The notes beneath the pieces are model-generated. The model was not told the origin of the DNA and searched no databases. It was given only the letters and a program-made list of their open reading frames with translations. The position numbers and the translations under genes were made by a program. This document shows positions 57,621-64,000 of a DNA stretch of 64,000 nt, in pieces. Origin of the DNA: Clostridiales bacterium. GTDB taxonomy: Bacteria > Bacillota > Clostridia > Caldicoprobacterales > UBA3941. How positions within the stretch are numbered: the stretch's first letter is position 1; each line of letters starts with the position of its first letter. The stretch is taken from assembly GCA_012518075.1 (NCBI GenBank), contig JAAYTG010000080.1, positions 23,048 through 87,047 on the forward strand. Reading direction: 5' to 3'.

Positions 57621-58040
57621 ATGATGTGGAAAGATAAGTACAAAATCGGCGTTGAACTAATTGATCAGCAACATAAGGAGCTGTTTAGGCGGGTCTCTGA
57701 TTTTACTGAGACTATCCGAAATGAACAAAATTGGGAAGATAAGCTGGATAAAGTAAAGGAGACAATGGTTTTTATGCAAGAATATGTAATCGCCCACTTC
57801 GATGCTGAAGAAGCTTATCAAGAAGAAATAAACTATCCCGATATTGAAAACCATAAGGAGGCCCATGCCAAGTTTAAAGAGGGCATTAATGATTATGTTA
57901 AAATCTTTGAGGAGGAAGGTTTTAATGAAGCTAAGATACAAGAATTTGGCGGTAGACTTATGACATGGCTTATTATGCATGTTGGAAGAACAGATCAAAA
58001 GATTGGAGAATATGTCAGAAGTAAAGGAGGACAAGCCTAA
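57621..58040 (+). CDS. Bacteriohemerythrin (hemerythrin-like di-iron protein)
   Basis: MWKDKYKIGVELIDQQHKELF. Ligand pattern H...HxxxE...HxxxH...HxxxxD is present. 139 aa. Confidence 0.85.
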   Translation: MMWKDKYKIGVELIDQQHKELFRRVSDFTETIRNEQNWEDKLDKVKETMVFMQEYVIAHFDAEEAYQEEINYPDIENHKEAHAKFKEGINDYVKIFEEEGFNEAKIQEFGGRLMTWLIMHVGRTDQKIGEYVRSKGGQA

Positions 58041-58510
58041 TGAGAGCAGAATATGTAAACTCCTTCTACAAGGCAATAAAGGAAGTATTTGAATTAATGA
58101 TTGATATAGTTCCCCAGAGAAGTAATATGAGAATGGTAGACAGTCTGGTAAGCAATAAGGATGCCAATGTTATACTAGAAGTAAAAGGAAATCTACAAGG
58201 GACAATTCTCTTTAGCTTCCCACAAGATATGATTTTGAAAATGATGAAGATTATGTCCGGGATGGATGTGGATAAAATAGACAGTTTTGCTTCTTCGGCC
58301 CTAGGAGAAGTAGCCAATATTATAGGAGGAAATGCATTAACTAATTTAGCAGAACAAAACTATATCTGTGATATTGCACCACCACAGATATTTGTGGGAG
58401 AGCATAAAGCATTGTCCATAGTAGATGAAAAGGCTTTACAATTGACCTTAACGACTCCAATTGGAGAATTCGACATAACTATTTCTCTCAATGAAAATCA
58501 ATCAGAATGA
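58040..58510 (+). CDS. cheX: CheX/CheC-family CheY-P phosphatase-like protein
   Basis: 156 aa. Single S-x3-E-x2-N site (SALGEVAN, E90/N93), followed about 21 residues later by PP. The ATG shares one nt with the hemerythrin stop (TAATG). Confidence 0.7.
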   Translation: MRAEYVNSFYKAIKEVFELMIDIVPQRSNMRMVDSLVSNKDANVILEVKGNLQGTILFSFPQDMILKMMKIMSGMDVDKIDSFASSALGEVANIIGGNALTNLAEQNYICDIAPPQIFVGEHKALSIVDEKALQLTLTTPIGEFDITISLNENQSE

Positions 58511-58566
58511 AAAGATGCTAATTTATTTGTGATTGCTTAATAAGTTAGGATTTGAAGAAATATGGT

Positions 58567-58634
58567 AAGCAGATTAGAAATGTATGAGATAAGCTTGTTG
58601 GTTTTATGGATACTTTCTAATCTGCTTTTTATTT
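58567..58634 (+). terminator. Long-stem terminator-like hairpin after cheX
   Basis: AAGCAGATTAGAAAtGTAT ... ATACTTTCTAATCTGCTT (18 bp, one bulge), 24-nt loop, then TTTTTATTT. Confidence 0.55.
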
Positions 58635-58878
58635 GCAGATAGATCAAGAACTTGCCTTTCCAACTAACTCATAAGGATTAATATATGTAAGGCTGATTGG
58701 AAAAGAAAAAATGGGGAATAATGTATAGGTAGTAAAAATAACAGAAGATTAGTCAAGAATGCTACTCTCATATAAGTCAGGGGGAAAAACCAGAAAGGAA
58801 AAACTAGATAGATCCGCAGCTGGATTGATTATATGGATTCTAAGAAATAAACAAACTTATTGTAACTGGAGGCATAAG

Positions 58879-61140
58879 TTGAAAAAAACAGGCTTATATT
58901 TCATTTTAATAGCTATCTTGTCTATATTAATTACTACCAGTCCTGCCTTGGCCCAAAGTAATAATATGGATGATAAAGGTAAGGTAATTTTGCTGGTTAT
59001 AGATCGTGTGAGTTGGAATGAGATTGATGAAGCCCATACTCCCAACCTAGATAAGTTGATAGATATGGGAGCAATAGGGCTTATGACAACCAATACGGGA
59101 AGCAGCCTCTCTCAAAACAATGCCTATTTAACTATAGGTGCCGGGGCTAGGGCTGTAGGAGTGTCTGGATCCCAAGAGGCTTTATCATATAGTCACAAAT
59201 ACCGGGGTGACAGGATAGAAAACGTAATGTATCAGATTACCGGATTCAGAATGGCTGAGGGGGCAGTAGGTAATCCATCTATAGCCAAATTGCATAGAGA
59301 GAATGAAAAGAAAGCCTATAATGTAGGAATAGGGTCTTTAGGAACTGCCCTAAGGGAAGCAGGTTTAAAGGCTGCGGTTTTAGGTAATTGTGATAATTAT
59401 AGACGATTGGAGAAAGAGGGCGGCGGTAAAAACTTTCTGGTATCAATGATGATGGATGATAGAGGAATAATACCCTTAGGCGACATCAGCCAATCACTTA
59501 TTATTGATGATCCCAACTGGCCTATGGGGATTAGGACCGACTATGACAAAATGCTGGAGGCCTTTAAGGAAATGACAGAACAAGCCCACGTTATTGCAGT
59601 ACAGTTGGGGGATACCTCTAGGGCAGAAGACTTCCGGCACCAGTGTATGGACTCACGGATTGAGCTTCATAAACGAAGGGCCTTGGAAGAAGGAGATAGA
59701 TTTTTAGGCAAAGTCATGGATTATTTTGATCCTCATTGTGATTATATGATGGTGCTTACTCCTGTGGGAGCTAGCAAAGAAATTGGCAATAACAATAGAT
59801 TGACCCCTATAGTCATAGCAGGTAAGGGCATTAACAAAGGCTGGCTAACATCGGGCTCTACTCATAGGGAAGGAGTGGTAACCAATCTGGACATCGGTAC
59901 CAGCATACTTAATTTTTTTGGACTAAGTCCCTTGCTCGGTCAGGGTGGAGCACCCATATATTCCACAAATAAGGTCAAGGAAACGTCAGCAATAGTTGAA
60001 TTTAACGCAAAATTAACTACTATATACAATCAAAGACCCTTTTTGTTAAGAGCTTATGTATACATATTGATACCTATCCTGGCACTTGCTGCCTTGTGCC
60101 TATTATCTAAAAGAGAATATTTAAGAGTCATTAAACCAATGCTCATATTTATCATGGTAGTTCCCCTGGTATATCTCTTCTTACCTTTATTACAACAAGC
60201 CCAGCTTCATAAGACCGCCATTATAGCAATGTCTATGTGCATATTAGTAACTGCACTGGTTTGTCGAATCTTCCGCTCCACCATTGATAAAATTATGGCA
60301 ATATCTAGCCTAACTGCTATGGCTTTAATACTAGATCAGTGGATGGGTATGAGGCTTATTCAATCATCACCCTTAGGCTATGATGTAATTGCAGCTGCTC
60401 GCTTTTATGGTATGGGGAATGAATACATGGGGGTACTGGTTAGCTCCATATGTTGTACAGGTACGGCTCTTATTGAAAGATTTAGGGGGCAGGACAGACT
60501 TGCCAAGATAGCAGCATTGTTTGTAGGACTTATAGCTATCTACACTATGGCCTCACCAGCCTTAAGTGCCAATGTAGGTGGAACAATAGCCATTTTTATT
60601 GCTATTTCCATTAGTATTTTAATGGTTAAAGATAAAAAGATTCGGATTCCAAATCTAGTTGCCATGGGAGTTATGATGATGCTCATATTGGCGGGGACAT
60701 TCTTCTTGGATTCTTTAAGGGTAGTGGACAGTCAAAGCCATATGGGACAAACTGTAAATGCCATAAAGCAAAATGGTTTGCTGGAGCTTTTTTATATATT
60801 CTATAGAAAGATTTATATGAATATCCAACTTATTCGAAGCACTATATGGACAAGGGTGTTTTTGACTTCTTTGGGAGTAGTAGTGCTGCTTCTCTTTCGT
60901 CCCGTGGGAATCTTTAGGGATGTATATAGAAAGCATGAACTACTTATAAAGGGCTTGACAGGAGCATCCATAGGTGCCATTGCAGCTCTTGTTTTCAATG
61001 ACTCTGGAATTGTAGCTGCTGCAACGGCTATGGTATTTATCGCTCCCCCCTTCATAATGCTGATAGTGGATGAGATAGAAGAAAAAGTCATGGATGGAGC
61101 CTTAGAAGATGAAATACAATTCGAAACTCCGAGTAGCTGA
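58879..61140 (+). CDS. Large membrane protein: N-terminal alkaline-phosphatase-superfamily-like ectodomain plus about 10 TM helices
   Basis: TTG start 6 nt after GGAGG, giving the signal peptide MKKTGLYFILIAILSILITTSPALA. VILLVIDRVSWNEIDEAHTPNLDKLIDMGAIGLMTTNTG resembles the NPP/phosphodiesterase metal-site region. Function unknown. Confidence 0.6.
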   Translation: MKKTGLYFILIAILSILITTSPALAQSNNMDDKGKVILLVIDRVSWNEIDEAHTPNLDKLIDMGAIGLMTTNTGSSLSQNNAYLTIGAGARAVGVSGSQEALSYSHKYRGDRIENVMYQITGFRMAEGAVGNPSIAKLHRENEKKAYNVGIGSLGTALREAGLKAAVLGNCDNYRRLEKEGGGKNFLVSMMMDDRGIIPLGDISQSLIIDDPNWPMGIRTDYDKMLEAFKEMTEQAHVIAVQLGDTSRAEDFRHQCMDSRIELHKRRALEEGDRFLGKVMDYFDPHCDYMMVLTPVGASKEIGNNNRLTPIVIAGKGINKGWLTSGSTHREGVVTNLDIGTSILNFFGLSPLLGQGGAPIYSTNKVKETSAIVEFNAKLTTIYNQRPFLLRAYVYILIPILALAALCLLSKREYLRVIKPMLIFIMVVPLVYLFLPLLQQAQLHKTAIIAMSMCILVTALVCRIFRSTIDKIMAISSLTAMALILDQWMGMRLIQSSPLGYDVIAAARFYGMGNEYMGVLVSSICCTGTALIERFRGQDRLAKIAALFVGLIAIYTMASPALSANVGGTIAIFIAISISILMVKDKKIRIPNLVAMGVMMMLILAGTFFLDSLRVVDSQSHMGQTVNAIKQNGLLELFYIFYRKIYMNIQLIRSTIWTRVFLTSLGVVVLLLFRPVGIFRDVYRKHELLIKGLTGASIGAIAALVFNDSGIVAAATAMVFIAPPFIMLIVDEIEEKVMDGALEDEIQFETPSS

Positions 61141-62242
61141 ACTTATAAGAGATGCCAAAGGAGGGATGAAAGAGCATTACTTGGCATTGGTCAAAGGGCT
61201 TTTAGACTCTGGAATAGATATAATCGCCCTGGGCAAATTTTCACCAAAGGAGAGGCATGAACTAGAAAAATGGGGGGCAATTGTTGTGTCTTTTGTTATA
61301 AGGGATAGGATTAAACCTATCAGGGATGTATTTGCCATTGCCAGGCTGACAAGGATTCTTAAAAAGTATAAGGTTGATATAGTACACTGCCATGGATTTA
61401 GGGCAGGTATGATAGGGAGGGTAGCTGCCTTCTTGGTTAAATGCCGTTGTATCTATACTATACATAATTTCCTTCCTATGAATCTAGGGAAGATAGGAAG
61501 AAGGATAACTGGGTGGACAGAAGGAAAGCTTTTTGCTATTACCGAAACCATCATAGCCGTATCCAAGGCTCTAAAGGAGGAAATCAGCCGGATTTTTTCT
61601 ATTGATAGCTGTAGAGTAAAGGTTATCTATAATGGCATTGATCCTCCCAATGTCTCAGATGGTGGTAACTTTATCAAAAAGAGATGGGGGATTGATAAGG
61701 AGGAAAAAGTTATTGGAACGGTAGCTAGATTAATTCCTTCTAAAGGTATAGATGTCCTATTAGATGCCATTCCCTTAGTCATAAGGGAAAATGCAGAAGT
61801 TAAGTTTATGATTGTGGGTGATGGCCCTGAAGAGTCCATTCTTAAGAAAAAAGCGGAGCTATTAAATTGCAGTGAAAATATTATATTTACCGGGTACAGT
61901 GAATATATATGGTATTATTACGAAGCTTTTGATATCTTTGTTCTGCCTTCCCTATCTGAAGGACTAGGAATATCTATCTTAGAGGCAATGGCTATGGGTA
62001 AACCGGTTATCGCTTCTAGAACTGGCGGCATAGAGGAAATTATCAAACATGATTGGAATGGATACCTAGTTCCCCCTAAGGACAGTAAAGAGTTGGCAGA
62101 TGCAATATTATATTGTCTATCCAATCCAGGTCAGACACAAGACTATGCTGACAGAGGCAAGAGAGAAATAGACCAGAAATTCCATTTAGAAAACATGATT
62201 AAGAAGACATTAGGGGTTATATTACAAACCAATAATGAGTAG
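61109..62242 (+). CDS. Glycosyltransferase family 4 (GT-B, group 1)
   Basis: C-terminal E-x7-E region PSLSEGLGISILEAMAMGKPVIASRTGGIEEII. 32-nt overlap with the upstream membrane-protein gene. Confidence 0.85.
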   Translation: MKYNSKLRVAELIRDAKGGMKEHYLALVKGLLDSGIDIIALGKFSPKERHELEKWGAIVVSFVIRDRIKPIRDVFAIARLTRILKKYKVDIVHCHGFRAGMIGRVAAFLVKCRCIYTIHNFLPMNLGKIGRRITGWTEGKLFAITETIIAVSKALKEEISRIFSIDSCRVKVIYNGIDPPNVSDGGNFIKKRWGIDKEEKVIGTVARLIPSKGIDVLLDAIPLVIRENAEVKFMIVGDGPEESILKKKAELLNCSENIIFTGYSEYIWYYYEAFDIFVLPSLSEGLGISILEAMAMGKPVIASRTGGIEEIIKHDWNGYLVPPKDSKELADAILYCLSNPGQTQDYADRGKREIDQKFHLENMIKKTLGVILQTNNE

Positions 62243-62292
62243 CTTGTTTTGGGCATCTATATGAAAAAGAATATAGGATAGAGGGTGGGGTA

Positions 62293-62574
62293 ATGAATTT
62301 AAAATTGTTCTTCTTATCTTTCTGGCTCTTATTCATTGCAGAATTGGGAGACAAGACTCAGCTGGCTGTATTTACATTGGTAACTCAGTATAAACAGCCT
62401 TGGCCGATTTTTTTAGGGTCTTCCCTAGGTCTTATTTCCGTCACCTTATTGGGGACTTTTCTAGGACAATTTGTATGTAAATATATACCAGCCACCATAT
62501 TAAAACTGGCGGCTGGAGTAATGTTTATAATTATGGGTTTTTTTATTTTAAAGGAGTGCTGGGGAGAATTATAA
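62293..62574 (+). CDS. Half-size UPF0016 (GDT1/TMEM165) family cation transporter subunit
   Basis: 93 aa, 3 TM helices, signature E-x-G-D-K-T (AELGDKTQLA). Confidence 0.8.
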   Translation: MNLKLFFLSFWLLFIAELGDKTQLAVFTLVTQYKQPWPIFLGSSLGLISVTLLGTFLGQFVCKYIPATILKLAAGVMFIIMGFFILKECWGEL

Positions 62575-63342
62575 AAGACCCATGGTGTGATAGCCAGCAT
62601 CTACATGAATATTTTCTCCTGTTATTCCTCGGGCCATAGGACTCAATAGAAAGACGGCTGTGTCTCCAACTTCTCCTTGGGTCACGGTTCTGCGAAGGGG
62701 TACTTTTTCTTCATAGACTTTAAGAATACTTCTAAATCCCTTTACCCCTTGGGCAGCTAAGGTTTTTATGGGGCCAGCTGAGATGGAATTTATCCGAATA
62801 TTTTCCGGTCCTAGATCGGCTGAGAGATATCTAACCGATGATTCCAGGGCAGCCTTTGCTACTCCCATGACATTATAGTTCTGAACCACACGTTCCCCAC
62901 CTAAATAAGTCATGGTAACAATGCTTCCACCTTCTTTCATAAGCGGCCGAGCGTATTTGCTAATAGCTACTAGGGAGTAGGAACTAATGTCCTGGGCTAG
63001 GTGATAGCCTTCACGACTAGTGTTATAGTAGGCACCTTCTAGTTCTTCTTTATTTGCAAAGGCGATACTGTGCACTAGGCCGTGAATAACTCCAAAATCT
63101 TCTTCTAGGTTATGGAAAAGGGCTATGATATCTTGATCCTGAGTTACATCACACTGATATAGGCTAATGCCAGCAAGGTCTGCTGTTAGCTTTTTGAGGT
63201 TGGACAGATTTCGTTCTCCTTGATAAGTAAGAATTATATTAGCTCCCGCCTCTATGCAGGATTGGGCAATACCCCAGGCAATACTCCATTTGTTGGCAAC
63301 GCCCATAATAAGAATTTTCTTATCCTTTAACAAAGTGTTCAT
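62569..63342 (-). CDS. fabI: Enoyl-[acyl-carrier-protein] reductase FabI
   Basis: ILIMGVANKWSIAWGIA, catalytic Y-x6-K (YNVMGVAK), ISAGPIKT. Confidence 0.9.
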   Translation of the reverse strand: MNTLLKDKKILIMGVANKWSIAWGIAQSCIEAGANIILTYQGERNLSNLKKLTADLAGISLYQCDVTQDQDIIALFHNLEEDFGVIHGLVHSIAFANKEELEGAYYNTSREGYHLAQDISSYSLVAISKYARPLMKEGGSIVTMTYLGGERVVQNYNVMGVAKAALESSVRYLSADLGPENIRINSISAGPIKTLAAQGVKGFRSILKVYEEKVPLRRTVTQGEVGDTAVFLLSPMARGITGENIHVDAGYHTMGLL

Positions 63343-63527
63343 TTAAATCATTCCTTTCACACTAAACGGTGTATAAGTTAAACTGCTTGTCAATTTGGTT
63401 CAAGGTCAAGAAATTGGTTATATAAATTATAAAGGAACTTAAAGATGAGTGCAAGGAATATAAAAACTACGAGAGCAAAATAATATTTGAATTATTTTCA
63501 AAATAATAGTATTATACAATAAGAATG

Positions 63528-63556
63528 TTGGACAACTGTCAATGTTGTGTTATAAT
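63528..63556 (+). promoter_or_regulatory. Candidate sigma-A promoter for tig
   Basis: TTGGAC (63528-63533), 17-nt spacer, TGtTATAAT extended -10 (TATAAT at 63551-63556), 45 nt upstream of the GTG. Confidence 0.6.
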
Positions 63557-63600
63557 ATTAAAGATTATTGACGTACATAGAAACTAAGGAGGACGTTTTT

Positions 63601-64000
63601 GTGAAAGCTAATATAGAGAAACTGGATAACAACAAAGTCAAACTAGAGATTGAAGTAGATGCCAAGCAATTTGATGAAGCAATGCAAAAGGCCTATATAA
63701 AGAACAGAGGTCAGATAACTATTCCTGGCTTTAGAAAGGGGAAAGCACCTCGCAAGATTATAGAGAGTTACTATGGCGAAGGTGTTTTTTATGAAGATGC
63801 TATAAATGAAGCTTGTCCAAAGGCTTATGATGATGCAATCAAAGAGAACGGAATTGAGCCTGTAGATCAGCCTACCATTGATATTGTTCAAATTGGAGAA
63901 GGTCAAAACCTTATCTTTACCGCTGAGGTTACGGTTAAGCCAGATGCTGAGCTGGGACAGTACAAGGGAATAGAAATTACTAAGGTTGAGTATAATGTTA
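63601..64000 (+). CDS. tig: Trigger factor, 5' part (continues beyond the window); not in the ORF track
   Basis: GTG start 8 nt after AAGGAGG. Open frame to nt 64000. VKANIEKLDNNKVKLEIEV... with ribosome-binding signature IPGFRKGKAPR. Confidence 0.9.
   Translation, partial: MKANIEKLDNNKVKLEIEVDAKQFDEAMQKAYIKNRGQITIPGFRKGKAPRKIIESYYGEGVFYEDAINEACPKAYDDAIKENGIEPVDQPTIDIVQIGEGQNLIFTAEVTVKPDAELGQYKGIEITKVEYNV

Noticed and set aside
57657-58076. 139-aa minus-strand ORF antisense to the hemerythrin gene (same length)
   Set aside because: The product is Leu/Ile/Phe/Ser-rich with no recognisable motif, while the plus-strand hemerythrin ligand pattern is complete. The equal length is coincidental in AT-rich DNA.
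63444-63479. 11-codon ORF (MSARNIKTTRAK) with weak AAAGGA upstream, between fabI and tig
   Set aside because: It is too short and unsupported, and no attenuator structure links it to tig or fabI.
63643-63906. 87-aa minus-strand track ORF
   Set aside because: It is antisense to the clear trigger-factor reading frame, which starts at 63601 and is missing from the track only because it has no stop in the window.
1-64000. Search for CRISPR arrays, tRNA/rRNA genes, IS elements, integrases and prophage genes
   Set aside because: No regularly spaced repeats, cloverleaf-compatible segments, rRNA-like sequence or transposase/integrase motifs were seen. The window appears to be stable chromosomal backbone.

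Overview
AT-rich chromosomal window from an endospore-forming Firmicute, Clostridia-like by gene content (inference). About 58 CDSs are called. I saw no rRNA, tRNA, CRISPR array, transposase, integrase or phage genes. Nt 1-10200: PD-(D/E)XK-like protein cut by the window edge, PTS-EIIC-like permease, L,D-transpeptidase lipoprotein, two sugar-type dehydrogenases, a stand-alone dihydrolipoyl dehydrogenase, a PAP2-like protein, and an adenylate-kinase-like gene coupled to a metallophosphoesterase. Nt 10360-26290: a complete dcw cluster, mraZ-rsmH-ftsL-classB PBP-murE-murF-mraY-murD-ftsW/spoVE-murA-ftsQ-DUF881-DUF881-sbp-ftsZ, with a phased AAGTGG repeat array over its promoter. Nt 26500-38360: sporulation and housekeeping core, spoIIGA-sigE-sigG-ylmC-nrdR, membrane protein-spoIIP, DUF512 radical-SAM-der-plsY-gpsA, spoIVA. 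Nt 38540-62600 is the less conserved part and holds the best leads. (i) A MarR-controlled ABC module whose fused double-FtsX permease has a ~460-aa coiled-coil insert. (ii) An XRE/cupin regulator with an acyl-CoA synthetase. (iii) An untracked 56-aa ORF. (iv) An overlapping zwf-cyclase-B12/radical-SAM operon. (v) An LCP protein with three helical repeats. (vi) A Ykn-like four-gene ABC module in which a two-domain beta-rich secreted protein sits where a membrane-fusion protein is expected. (vii) A translationally coupled hemerythrin-CheX pair. (viii) A large protein with a phosphodiesterase-like ectodomain and about 10 TM helices, overlapping a GT4 glycosyltransferase. The window ends with fabI (minus strand) and the 5' part of tig, which is absent from the ORF track. 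All family names come from motif recognition by eye; no database search was run. Several track ORF starts were moved downstream on RBS and homology grounds.
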